From assembly GCA_000388065.2 (NCBI GenBank), contig KB932201.1: a stretch of DNA of 64,000 nt; one strand, written 5' to 3'. This DNA comes from Fonticula alba ATCC 38817. Its lineage: Eukaryota; Protista; Nucleariida. Under the pieces are notes generated by a model that saw only the letters and a list, made by a program, of their open reading frames with translations, ran no database searches and had not been told where the DNA came from. Within the stretch, counting starts at the first letter, position 1. Each line of letters opens with the position of its first letter. Positions 11,352 to 23,972 of the stretch are shown here, piece by piece. The position numbers were made by a program, and so were the translations under genes.

Positions 11352-12920
11352 TCAGTCGATGTACAAGGAGAAGTCGATGCGCTTGGATGAGCGGAAGGGC
11401 GCATCGGAGAAGTCCTCCGGCTCGCCGGCCCCCGGAGGAGGGGCCGCCCGGCGGACAAACACCGCCCCGGAGGGCGTCTGCGAAAAGAGCCCAGCCTCGG
11501 CCCAGGCGTGCATTTGCGTCGAGGAGAAGGGCCCATACACCGGCGTGGCGGGGTCCTCATCCTCGGTCCACTTGTACTCCCAGAAGGCCTCGGTCGATGT
11601 GGAGGCGGGAAGAGGGCCAGCGGCCGGGGCAGCTGTGGTCGCGGCCGCGGGCGAAGCCACCCCCGGGCCAGCCGCCAGGGAGAACATGTCATCCGAATCG
11701 GACCCGGCATCGGTGGGCTCGACGGCCGCCGCCGCGGTGCGCGCACGTCGAGCCTGCTCCGCCTCCCGGAGGGCGGCAATCTGCTGGGCCACCTCGGCCT
11801 GGGTCATTTGGTAGATGTCCACCATGTCATGCCGGTCGACCATGGCCGTCAACAGGGCGGTCAGTCGATCAAGCTGGGCCTGTGCCTCGGGAGCCAGGGC
11901 CGGGCGCCGGACACGAGCTCCACCCGGGGCACCGGGGCCCCCCTTCGGCGCGGCCAGTCGCCGCATCGCCGCGGCCGGAGTATCTTGAGGCCGGTCGGAA
12001 GCCAGATACTGGGCCAAGTCCTCCAGCATGCCGAGCTGGGTGCTTGGGATGGCGAGAGTCCCATCGCGCGCGAGGCGCTCGGCCTCGGCCGCCTCGGCCC
12101 CCTCGGCTTGTCGGCGCTTGGCCTCGGCCGCCTGATCATGAGGCAACCGGTGGCAGAAGGACCCGATTGAGAGGTGGAGGGGGAGAGACAGAGAGGGAGA
12201 GGGAGAGGGAGTCAGTGCCCGATTGGAGTGGGAAAGGCCCGATTGGAGTCGACAAAATGACAAGCCAGCAGACGGGGAAACAAATGCACGCAGACTTGAG
12301 ACACACCTCGACCATGGCACCCTTGTCGAAATTCATCAAGGACGCCTCTTCGGCAGTCACCCGATCGACATCCTCGTCCGAGTCGCTGGCCGCATCGGAA
12401 TCGTCGGAGTCCCCCGCCGTCCGGGACCCCCGGCCGCCGAGGGCACGAGACACAAAGAAGCCGGTCTGGTCGAATTGCCCACTGCGCATCTCGGCATCCA
12501 GGTTGAAGGCCTCAATGCCGACGGAGGACTCGTCCTCCTGCAGGGAGGTTGTCTCGCCGGGGATCGAGGCACCGGCGCGCTCGCCGAGCCCTCGCACATC
12601 GCTGTCATCGGCCAGGAGCCGATTCAGGGTGCCCCGCTCGAGGCGATCCCTCGTACGAATGGGCGCAGATGGGCGCTCGCGGAACTCCGGCGGCACAGCC
12701 GCCTCATCGTCATCCTCATCTGAGCCGGCGTCACCGGCAGCCGGGCCCACCGGACGCCCGGTCACCGGGTCCACCTCCAAGCGAGAGCGCTTCCGCCGAG
12801 CATCCGGGCCCGACAGGTGGTCCTCCATGTCGGAGTCTGCCCCGTCCGAAGCAAATCCCAAGTCGGAATCCTCGCCGCTGGAGTTGTTATCATGTGAATA
12901 GAGCTGCTTGACGCGGCGCT
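11352..12920 (-). CDS. CD2BP2: CD2BP2/U5-52K (Lin1/Snu40) GYF-domain protein; 5' end unresolved
   Basis: Contains GIEAFNLDAEMRSGQFDQTGFFV (the conserved FNL.EEM.EG.FD..G.Y motif), QDTPAAAMRRL, LDRLTALLTAM...DIYQMT and the C-terminal GYF domain FWEYKW...VYGPFSSTQMHAWAEAGLF...RIDFSLYID*. One intron lies at about 12135-12305. The acceptor at 12921-12923 implies a further upstream exon. Confidence 0.92.
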
Positions 12921-14586
12921 CTGGCCGGGCGAACGGCGAGAAGCGGATAAGTCAGTGGCCTGCAGTGAGAGAGAGAGAGAGAGAGACGGGGAGAGAGAGA
13001 GAGAGAGAGGGACGGCAAGTGAGACAGCAAGTGAGACATTTACCCCATTGGTAGGGAGGAGAGGAGAGACACACTTGGACGGTTACCAACGTCGCTGTCC
13101 TGAAGAAAGATGTTCCCCGAGCCCGAGCCAGCCCGGCGGCCCGGTACGGCGGCCTTCCCCTGGTTGGACATCGGGAAGAGCGCGTGTGTGTGTGTGTGTG
13201 TGTCTGTGCCTGCGTGACGCTCGCGGGCTGTTGACTGGGTGGGCGGGGAGAGGGGACGAATGCAAGAAAGAGGGCCAGGGGGGAGCGGACCAGCAGAGAT
13301 CTCTCAGCCTGGAAGGGGTAGATAATACGATTGGTAGAGGGAGGTGGGGATGACGCCTCCACCGGGGCCGGGCAGCCTGCACCCCAGTGGGAAAAAAACC
13401 TTGGAGACTAAGCCCACATGCCAACGAATGATTCGGTGGTAGCAATCGGCGTGCTTCCCGGCAAGGCCAGCGCCATCCACATGCGTGTGAGTGTGCGTGT
13501 GTGCGTACGCGTGCGCGTATCTGTGCCCAGCCGAAGTAGCACGTGCCTGTCCGTTCTTTCATCCAAAAGGGGGGGGGGGCATCACCCAGTCCCCTCGGAG
13601 GCACAGGGTCCACACCGCTGCATTCTTGCTAGAAGGTTTCGGGCGGGCGGGGGAGGAAGCGTGATGACATGGAAGCGGACGTAGCGCCCGGCCGCCTACA
13701 CACTGGCACACCACGAGAATTGAAACATCGGCAGGGGACACGGAGAGAGAGGGAGAGAGGGAGAGAGAGAGAACAAGACACAGGGGCATGGAACCTATCC
13801 CAACAGTGAACCGCCACGCTCGCCAAAAGCCCCACACCCCGACAACACAGGCACGCGTTCGAGAAAGAAGGGAAAAAACAACAGTCAGAGGGTGGGTAGT
13901 ATGTGGGGGTTTTGTGACTTTGTATTTTGGGGGGGGTGAAGGAACAGGAGAGGCAAGTGGCTCGTCGACTGTTACACATGGGGCACCCCCGCATGGGGGG
14001 AGAAAGAGAGAGGGGAAAATAAAGGAGGAGGAGGAAGAGAGCACGGAGCTCGCATCCACACACCGGGCGCAGGCCCACAGCCCCCGGCAGGAGGGAAGGA
14101 GGGCGCAACAGATAATGTACAGTGAGGGGGGAAGAGAGGGGCACGAGAGGGGGCCTCTGCACGCTGTCACCGTCCGCTTAAGAGCGGAAAGAGAGAGGGA
14201 GAGAGAGCAGGGCGCCTCCGCGATGTGAAGGACACGCGCGTGCGGGGAAAAGGACACGCGCGCGGCGCACCCCCGTCGGAAAAGACGGCAAAATGCACGC
14301 CGCCTCGAGGGAAGAGGCGCAAAGGAGAGCATTACCGATCATATTCCTTCCGGAGACGGAGAGAAGCGGGAGCCGGGCTTCCAGAGCAGAAGCACCCGGT
14401 ATCTCCCGTTAGGCCAGGCAGGCACACACACACACACACCAGCGCACATGACGACAAAGCATCAGGCTGTGCGCACAGGGAGGGGGAGGGGGAGCACTGC
14501 GGCCGCATCCCGAGAATCACGACCACCGGGGTCGTCTCCTCTAGGGCGAGGGGGGGAGACACACAGCAGCAACCAGGTGCACACAT

Positions 14587-15108
14587 TTAGGCAGCCGCCT
14601 CAGTGGCGCCGCGGATGTAGAGCACATTGTTGCAGCGAATCATGACCTCGCCGATCGGCGTGCCGACGCCCTGGACAATCTCCTCGCAGTCAAGAAGCTA
14701 AGAATGGGCCAGGAAGGGGGTCAGCACAAAGGGAGAGGGGAGGAGAGAGGCGAGCAGAGCGGGAGGGGGGGGGCAGCAGAGGAGCGAGGAGGGCGCGGTG
14801 GTGGGTCTTTGTTCAGAGAAGACGTTGAGTGCACAGTCACGACAAATGCCATGATACTTACACAAGAGGTGTCAGTTTTACGTCAATCATCAGTACGATG
14901 ACCGACACCAACCGACGCCACTCACACGGAGGAGGAGGGGGAGGGGGGAGGGGGGGGGGGAGGAGCAGCATGGACATACCTGGAGGTTCATGTAGAGGTC
15001 GAAGGACTTGAGCACCCCGCGGAACTCCATACCCCACTTGAGCTTGACGTGGACCATCTGGCCAGTCAGGTTGGCAAGGAAGGGCTTCGGGTTGATGAAG
15101 TTGGACAT
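14587..15108 (-). CDS. SNRPF: Small nuclear ribonucleoprotein F (SmF), 2 coding exons
   Basis: [43 protein letters not shown]|[50 protein letters not shown] and [14 protein letters not shown] are SmF signatures. Confidence 0.96.
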
Positions 15109-16857
15109 ATGGAGGGGAGGGGGTGGAGAAAGAGAGAGAGAGAGGCTGGAAGGAGGGGAGAGGGGGAGAAAACTCGGGAGACGGACTCTGGTAAGGAGGC
15201 TGCCTCATCTGCAAGTTGCTCACCTTGCCCGGGCCAGGCACCTTATATACCTCCCCTTGAGGGAGCGGACTTCACCCGTTTCGGTGGCGGGCTTAGCCCG
15301 TCTCGGCGGCGGACAGTCGAACTGAGCCCCCCTCCTCTCCGGAACACCGCCTCCGGCAAGGGGAGACCTCCTGCATCAACGCGCGCATGTTCCTCCAGCG
15401 CGGCGCACGGGCACCCTGGGACGGGCTTACCTCGGGCCCGCGCCGGAAATGGGGAAAGCGCGCCAGTTGGCTTCGCAACCCCCCCCCCCCCCCCCTCGCG
15501 CCCGGATACCCAGCACCGCGTTGTGGCCCGCCCAGGAACGAACATAACGGGACGGGACGCAGGAAACCCGCCCTGCCCCCCTCCCCCCCCCCCGCCCGCG
15601 GCACTGGGAACAGGTTCCGCGCGTACCGGCCCGAAGGAAAGAACCCAATCCATCCGGGGGTGGGAGGGAGGGGGAAAAAGCACAAAAGCTCGAATTTTAA
15701 TACCTCTCAATTTGTACCTCGCCCCGAGTTTTTGAAAAGATCCACTTGCTGGGGGAGCTGGACAAAAAAAGGAGCACGCCCAAGGGCCCGAAAAAGTACA
15801 CGCCCAACCCTTCTCCTGTTCCCCCCCCCGCGCCCAGGGTCGCCTCTGCGCCTTCTTGGGGAAGCCGAAAATCGCCGCGCCTGCTACCGACTAGACCAAA
15901 TGCCACTTGTGCCAGGACGCCAACCAACCCTCCCTCATGGCCTCGCTCCTCGCAAGCCGGCCGGGGGAGGGCAACTGACGCGCTCCGCTAGCCACTTCGG
16001 AACAGAACACCACAATAGTCTGCCTATTCAGATCCACTTAAAACGCTATTGTTCGATCACACCGGAGTCGCTCATCACACCACCGAGACCGCCTCACCCG
16101 GGCGGTGTTTATTATTGCCGACGCTGCCGGGGTCTGCCACTGGGCGTCCCACCCCTCCCCAGCCAAGGTGACCTGTGCTCACTTCGGCTCCCGGCGGTCC
16201 TCCCGAGGACTCCCTCGCCCCGCCCGGTGATCCGCACACCAAGGACTCTCCCCCCCCCCCCCCCCCCCCCCCTGCCCTCCTTGGCAGACCGGAGACACAA
16301 GGACCGGGTGTGTTGGGCGAAGTGGCGGGTATGAAGGCCCGGCAAGAAGGGGCCTTTGTCCCGGGCGTTGCTCTTGAGCCCGAGTGGCTCGCGTCTTTTT
16401 TTTCTTGTGCCCTCACACCACTGCCGGGCACCCCCCGTTGTTATTTTGTGACCTTGACCGGGGGGGGGGGCGGGGCGGGGCGGGGGGGATCTTCTTTCCC
16501 AGCACAGGTTGGTGCCCGTTCCGCCGGCTGAGGACGCCCCACGCCCAGGCCGGAGGGACCGCCCCTCGTCCTCTTGCCGAGAGGGGGCGGCCGGGGGAGG
16601 GGTCATCTCCGGGACTGCCATCTGACGACGACTAGCGGGGGTGGCCCCGGCTGGGCTTTTCAGATCCCCCTCCGCCTGAGCGGCGCCCCCGCCGGAGACA
16701 CGCCTCCTCCGACTCTTTCGAGCACCCCCTCCCCTCCCTCCCCCGCTCTGCCTCTGCCCGCCGACCACACCCACCGCGCTTCTCGCACTCGCTGCCTCGC
16801 CCCCTCCCCCTCCCCCTTGCGGTCCCGCACGTGCCCGTCGCCCTTCCGCTCCCGACC

Positions 16858-18811
16858 ATGGCCGACTCCGCCGACCAGCACTCCCCCCTCGAGTGGTACG
16901 TGAGGGCCGCCACCTCGCGCTGGTCCTTCTTTTGTTCCGCCACTCGTGCCGCCGTGCCCGTTTGGACATCCGATCGCGACTGACCCACCTGCGCCCTGCC
17001 CTTGTCATGTGTGCACGCGTGTGTGTATGTTTGCGCGTGGTTGTGGCCCATCGCGGGCCTTGTTGAACCCTCCCCCCCCTCCCTCCCCCCCCACACCCCC
17101 ACAGGCCCAGCAGCCGACCCATTAAGCTGGACCTCGCGGCCACTACCCCCCTGCCTGCGGTCTCCGTGAGCCAGGAGGATCATCCGCTCGCCGTCAAGGC
17201 CAACGTTGTGATCGTCACCACCTCCAGCGACAAGGCCGTCGAGGTATGCCCGCCTGTGCCCGGCCCCATGGCCATAGCGCCACCTCTTTTCTTTGCCCCC
17301 CCCCTCCCTATCCAACCTCCTCTCACCCACGCCCCTCCTCCCCCTGGCACCCGCCCCCGTTCCAAAGAGCCCGAAGGCTCTGTCGGTCGAGGACAAGATC
17401 GATCCAAGCCTGGATCCGCTGGGTGCCGCCCTCGCGGCCGCCACCTCCCGTCAGACGGAGCCCGAGGCCTTCGTCGACCCTCTCTCCGCGCATCTGGCCG
17501 TACGGCNNNNNNNNNNNNNNNNNNNNNNNNNNNNNNNNNNNNNNNNNNNNNNNNNNNNNNNNNNNNNNNNNNNNNNNNNNNNNNNNNNNNNNNNNNNNNN
17601 NNNNNNNNNNNNNNNNNNNNNNNNNNNNNNNNNNNNNNNNNNNNNNNNNNNNNNNNNNNNNNNNNNNNNNNNNNNNNNNNNNNNNNNNNNNNNNNNNNNN
17701 NNNNNNNNNNNNNNNNNNNNNNNNNNNNNNNNNNNNNNNNNNNNNNNNNNNNNNNNNNNNNNNNNNNNNNNNNNNNNNNNNNNNNNNNCCCCCCTTCCCC
17801 TCCCCCCCCCTCCCTCCGCCCTGCCCCATGCTCAGTTGACCGCACCCAGGCCCGGCTCGACTCACTTTCCGATCCGGATAGCATGCTGCAGACCCGGCGC
17901 GACCTGACCCAGCAGGAGTACACCAAGCACATTGACTTCCTGCACCAGCAGCTGGTGTCCTCCTGGGCGGCGGACCAGCGAGTCACCTCGCTGAAGATCG
18001 CCATCCAAAATGCCAAGACCATGACCAACACCGAGGTCCTGCAGTTCTACCCCTCGAAGTTTGTCCTGTCTACCGAGATCCTGGACACCTTCGGCAAGCT
18101 GGTGTACGAGCGCATCCTGGAGCGCAGTGGCCGGCCCTCGGTCGATGCGCCCCCCTCCTCCGACCCGCAGGCCTTCGAGCGGAATGAGTCGGCCAAGGAG
18201 ATGTGCAAGAATTGGTTCTACAAGATTGCCTCCATCCGAGAGCTCATTCCTCGCATGTACATTGAGATGGCCCTGCTGGCATGCTATCGGTTCCTGTCGC
18301 TCACCGAGTACGACACGGCCCTCGAGCGCCTGGCCAAGATGTGTCGCGGCATCGGCGACCCGCTGATCGCCGCCTACTGCCGGGCCTACATCTGTCGCAA
18401 GGGCATGGAGGTGTCGCCGAAGCTGCGCAAGCACCTGTACATCGTCTTCGAGGACTTCTGCACCTCCTTCTCCCAGCTGACGCCGGACCGCCTGCAGCAC
18501 ATCCTGCGCGAATGTGAGCTTTCCTTCTCCGAGTACCTGGCCCTCTTTGTGCCGGCCCTCGAGTGGATTCTCCAGTGCCTGTCTCACCGGTCTTCCGACG
18601 ACACTCTCAACACCATCCTCCACTGGTATGAGCGCTGCAACAATTCCCTGGTCCTGGATGCGGTCATGACCTCCTTCGATCCGAAGTATGTGTCGGACAA
18701 TGCGCTGCGCTTCGCCGATCTCATCAAGAAAGCCGACGGGCTTGGGTGCCCGCAGGTGTGTCGCGTCCCCGGCTGCCCGATTGCCCGCCTACTCTCTCCC
18801 TCCCTCTCTCC

Positions 18812-18842
<31 letters not shown>

Positions 18843-20728
18843 CATGGGCTTCGCTCTGTCGTGTTTTCTCGCCCCTCTTTTCTTTTCCCCCTCTTTTACA
18901 CACACACACACACGTGCGCGGCCATGCAGCCGGATTGACCATGCATTTGTCAAAATCAGCATCAACTCTACATGTCCTTCGGCCTGAGTCTCGTCCTGTC
19001 GTACCCCGACAAGGCAGTTCTCCGGCGGATTTTGCGCGACCACTGGAAGGTCATTGTGCAGCTGGAGAACCCGGATGACTTCCTCCGTTGCGCCGATGTA
19101 TACATCGAGATCCCGGCCAAGCACTTTACCGCGGCCGATGTGGACCATCTGCTCGGGGACATTGTCCGTCGTGTTGGCGAGTTGCCCACTTCGACGGTGT
19201 CCACTGGCGCCGGCAGCCCCGGGGCCATTGCCGCGGCGGCGGCCGCCGCCGCCCCGATCGTATCTGGAGCTGCCTCCCCCACTGCCGGAGCCGCCGCCCC
19301 GATCAGCACTCTGACCCTGGAGCAGGCCCTGCCCCGGCTACAGTCGATCCTGGACAAGATCCTGACGCATCTCCGGAACTTCTCGGATCTCTTCGAGATG
19401 CGGCACTTCCTGCCGATGGTGGATCTTTTCCAGACGGACCTGGTCATTCGCAATGAGGTCTGCAAGAGCATCCTCACGCGCTTTGCCTACCCGGGCTCCA
19501 CGTCGCTCTTCGTGTCGGCCGTCGATCGGTCCGAGGTCCTGGCCGAGGCGACCCAGCTCCTGACCGACCTGCCGCGCGTCAATACCATGATGTACTTCGC
19601 CAAGTCCCTGCACGATTCGGTCAACATCATGACCGTCGACGATGAGCGCCGGCAGATCACCGAGCTGATCCTGGCCTTCGTTCGCCGTGTGCGTGTCTAC
19701 TCGCCAAAGTCCGGCTCACGCGAATGCTCCTCCATCCTCATCATCCCCCCGCCCCCCCCCCCCCCTATCGCGCCCTTCTGCTTGTTTATTCNNNNNNNNN
19801 NNNNNNNNNNNNNNNNNNNNNNNNNNNNNNNNNNNNNNNNNNNNNNNNNNNNNNNNNNNNNNNNNNNNNNNNNNNNNNNNNNNNNNNNNNNNNNNNNNNN
19901 NNNNNNNNNNNNNNNNNNNNNNNNNNNNNNNNNNNNNNNNNNNNNNNNNNNNNNNNNNNNNNNNNNNNNNNNNNNNNNNNNNNNNNNNNNNNNNNNNNNN
20001 NNNNNNNNNNNNNNNNNNNNNNNNNNNNNNNNNNNNNNNNNNNNNNNNNNNNNNNNNNNNNNNNNNNNNNNNNNNNNNNNNNNNNNNNNNNNNNNNNNNN
20101 NNNNNNNNNNNNNNNNNNNNNNNNNNNNNNNNNNNNNNNNNNNNNNNNNNNNNNNNNNNNNNNNNNNNNNNNNNNNNNNNNNNNNNNNNNNNNNNNNNNN
20201 NNNNNNNNNNNNNNNNNNNNNNNNNNNNNNNNNNNNNNNNNNNNNNNNNNNNNNNNNNNNNNNNNNNNNNNNNNNNNNNNNNNNNNNNNNNNNNNNNNNN
20301 NNNNNNNNNNNNNNNNNNNNNNNNNNNNNNNNNNNNNNNNNNNNNNNNNNNNNNNNNNNNNNNNNNNNNNNNNNNNNNNNNNNNNNNNNNNNNNNNNNNN
20401 NNNNNNNNNNNNNNNNNNNNNNNNNNNNNNNNNNNNNNNNNNNNNNNNNNNNNNNNNNNNNNNNNNNNTCGGATGAGTGGCTGGTCAGCTACATCGCCAA
20501 TGTGGCGTCCTTCCTGATCGGTCTCCCCGGCAGCCCGGACCAGGGTCCCTTCTTCATCCTCCGGCAGTTCCTTGAGGCGCTGGAGTCCTACCCCTGGAAC
20601 AACACCTCCGACGGCAAGGCCTGGTGCTTCCTCTCCATCATGAAGGCCCTTTCGCACCTGCGCACCAACCGGTCCCGCTTCAACTACCTTGGTGGTACGC
20701 TGCCTGCTCTTCCGCGCTTCCCCCCCCT

Positions 20729-20759
<31 letters not shown>

Positions 20760-21166
20760 CCCGTTGTTGACAAGTGCTCCTGCCGCCTCCCAAACCGCCC
20801 TGCCATTTATATCACTTTCACTTGCATGGCCACGGGGCTCCGCGCACAGTCATCCCCAACAGCGTCCTCTATGACAGCGATGACCGGTACGAGGCCGAGG
20901 TGGATAGTCTGCTGGACATCATCGCCGAGCAGGTGACCGCGCACTTGGCCGACTTGAAGCGCGAGGATAGCTCCCATGCGGCTGCCCGTCGGGCCACTCT
21001 TTCCCTGCACCTGTCGCACATCCTCAACGATTACTTCTCCTGCACCGAAGCCACCGGCGCCATGGCCCTGTTGCAGAGCGCTCGGGCCAACCTTCGCGAG
21101 ACCAGCTCTCATCTGCCGACCAGTCTGCATGCCCTTTTCCGCTCGGATCCGTCGGTGGTTTCCTGA
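16858..21166 (+). CDS. VPS35L: VPS35 endosomal protein-sorting factor-like (C16orf62/UPF0505), Retriever subunit; multi-exon, two internal N-gaps
   Basis: LTQQEYTKHIDFLHQQLVSSWAADQRVTSLKIAIQ...QFYPSKFVLSTEILDTFGKLVYERI and CKNWFYKIASIRELIPRMYIEMALL...RGIGDPLIAAYCRAY are diagnostic VPS35L motifs. The C-terminal part continues ESYPWNNTSDGK...NSVLYDSDDRY. ATG at 16858, TGA ends at 21166. Confidence 0.95.
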
Positions 21167-21492
21167 GTCGGGCAACGCCTATGGCAGGGGTAGGAGGGCG
21201 AGGGGGGATATTCTTCCCTTTTTATGGTGTTCCTCCGTGCGACGTCCCCTGCCTCCCCCCTCCCATCTTCTCGTCCCTGAAACGCCCCATCCGCCTCTCC
21301 CTCCCTCCCTCCCTCCCTCCCTCCCCCCTGCCTCTTGTATACCGAAATAAAGTCTCCTACCAGCCACGCGAGGGATCCTTCCTGTTGGCTCCGCAGGCCC
21401 ACTTGGCAGCCAGCATGACAGTGCTCGAACAGCAGCCGGATGTATTTTCGGTGGATGTACTCCACGTGGTGGCCCCCGCATGTGGCCGCCAC

Positions 21493-22196
21493 TTAGAGAA
21501 GCTCCCCGCCAGCGGCCAGGCCCTGGCGGATGCGCTCCTCCTGATCGAACTCCTCCAGCCCAGGCAGGGCATCACAATTGCCACCGAGTTTCCCGATCTC
21601 CCGACGCAGGCTGGCAATTTGGGCCACGGTCTTGTCGATGATGGGGTCATTCTCGGTGATGGCCTCCGCCGCGTCAGCGTCCCCTGCATCGGCGAAGGGC
21701 TGGAGCTCGCGCTGTGTGTGCCGCAGGCATTTCAGCGACAAGAGGGCCTGCTGCAGCTCCAGCCGCATCAGCTCGACATTGTTGGCGCTCACAGTATTGA
21801 CTGGCGGTCTGATGGGGTGGTTATGGGTGTCGGGTGCTTGGTTAGGACAGAGCACTGCACAGCGACGGCGACAGCAGCAGGGCTGGTGTGGAAGAGGTTG
21901 GGGGGGGGGGGGGGGAGAGGACACGCAAAGGGAACATACCTGGCAGGGGCCGCAGCGGCCGGCGGGTTGGCGGCATTCTTCATCAACTTATCTCGAGAGC
22001 CCACGAGAAAAATCCCGGGCGCCAACTCGTGCTCAATCAAATCAGCCCCAAGGCCGCTGCCGGGAGCCGAGCCAACCGCCGCCGCCATCCGCGCGTGGCT
22101 GGCCGGGTCCAGAGCCGGCGCATTTGCCAACGACTCGGGGGTGGGAAGCTTGAAGGAGGACTGCTCGGGATGATGGGAATTCGAGGATGAGGACAT
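21493..22196 (-). CDS. Small coiled-coil protein, possibly Tma17/Adc17-like (2 exons)
   Basis: MSSSSNSHH...LIEHELAPGIFLVGSRDKLMKNAANPPAAAAPAR|VNTVSANNVELMRLELQQALLSLKCLRHTQRELQPFADAGDADAAEAITENDPIIDKTVAQIASLRREIGKL...*. This resembles the recalled fungal pattern 'EI.NSI.HL.RSN.EL...GD.DC.EAIRENE.VI.R...RI..L..E'. Confidence 0.5.
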
Positions 22197-22198
22197 GC

Positions 22199-22231
<33 letters not shown>

Positions 22232-22951
22232 GTGTGTGTGTGTGTTTGAGTGGGCAGACGAGCGCGCGTGCGGACGTCGCGCAGGCGCAGGGGAGGCTAG
22301 GGAGAGGAGGTGGGAGAGAGAGAGAGAGAGGACCGTGTGGCAGGTATGCGAGCCGACCCAATCCGGAGCCCTTGGATGGCTGCAGAAATGCCCGCGATCG
22401 ACGGCCAGCAGTCTGCCCCCTGCATCAGGCCTTCTCCGCCACGCCCCCTGAGTGGAGTAAGGTTGACAATCATGATCGCCTACTTCCCCCCCCCCCCCCC
22501 CCCCCCCCCCTCCCTCCAGCCGGCTAGAGCCTTCTCCTTCCAAGCGGCCGGACGCACACCAGGAGAGGGGCGATCGCGCGTCGGTGCGTCTCTCCTGTCT
22601 TTCGAAAAGGGCGGCACAAGAGTGGGCAGTCGTGCGAGAGGCGCGATCCCATGACGCGAAGGCGCGCTCCACACTCCAGCCCCTGTGCAAGTGCCCCCGG
22701 ACCAGGCGGTGGTGGTGCATCCATCTTTTGACACCGACCCTGGAGTCCAGTGCCTCTGGGCAGGGGGCTTCCTCCTGGGGGGGGGGGGGGGGAAGGTTCG
22801 TAGGAGGGGAGGATTTCAGGACCGGGTTCCCGGGGCTGGAGGTCCTCAGGACTCGCATCCGCACATGCCCCTGCCACCCCTCGCTCGCTCTGCACTTGTG
22901 CCTCGCTCCTTCTCCTCCCCCCCCTCTCCCCCCCCCCTCGCCCGTGTAGTC

Positions 22952-23925
22952 ATGAACCTCGCCAGCCTGCTCGCCCCGCAGAAGAAGACAGCCAAGAGTC
23001 CGCCGGCCCCGGTGGTCCCGCTGCTCAATGAGCCGATCACTGAGGCTCAGGCGGCTCGCTTTGGTGGCCTGCGTGCGACCATCGCCTCGGGCATCGCTGC
23101 CGGGGAGCTTTACGACGCTTTGGAATCCATCAATGCTCTCTTCACCCGGTGCGCACTTCACCAGTGTCTCGTCGTACCTCCTTCGCGCCCGTGCTCTCTT
23201 CTTCCTGCTGACACAGACTTCATGATGGATTGTGCCTTCGTCGGGTGCGTGTGCCGGCTCTGGCAGCCTCATGCGCGCGAAGCAGTTCAAGGAGGCCTTC
23301 GATGTGAGCATGGAGTTTTCGAAGCTTTTCTTCGCGGCCGGTGTGCGCCATCACCCGAACGCCGTGTCTCTGAGCAACTCCCTCTCCACCAAGCTGCTGG
23401 TGCCGAAGCGCATCGCCTTCAGCCCGGAACTGTCCTCGGCGGTGGTCAACACCCTGGTCGAGGCTGATGCCCAGCTCAAGGAGAAGGCTGCCGCTGCCGG
23501 CCCCGCCGGTGCCGAGGACTTTGCCTGGAGTGAGGAGGCTCTGCTGAGCTGGCTGAATTTCTTCTTCAAGTACGTCTTTCCAATGCCGTCCTCTCTTCAA
23601 CTGCCGCCTGTTCTGGCCGACCGTTCGCCGGTCGCTCGCCCGGTCGCTCGCCCGGCCACTCACCCTCCCCCCTTGACCCCCTGCTCGGCTCTCGTTCTAC
23701 TTGCTGTCGCCGATTGGCTTTCCTCAGCTGGATCCAGGCGGTGGATCCGGCCAGCACCGGCTCCTTCTCCCTGGCCGTGGGCTGCTTTGCCAAGAAGGGT
23801 CCGTTTCCTTTTCTTTTCGTCGCGCCTCCTCCTCTCCCTTCCTCTCCCTTCCTCTCTCTCTCTCTCTCTGTGATACTGCCCCTGGCCCCCTCACGTGCTC
23901 ACTCTCCCTTTTTCTTCAACATACT

Positions 23926-23972
<47 letters not shown>

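Noticed and set aside
11066-12901. 611-aa plus-strand ORF
   Set aside because: It is antisense to CD2BP2 and starts inside a (GT)n microsatellite.
15950-16150. AT-richer segment with ttcagatcc resembling U5 snRNA
   Set aside because: It lacks the invariant U5 loop I (GCCUUUUAC) and a Sm site.
17180-20657. ORFs containing long X runs here and at other gaps
   Set aside because: They are artificially extended through N-gaps, and their length is not evidence of coding.
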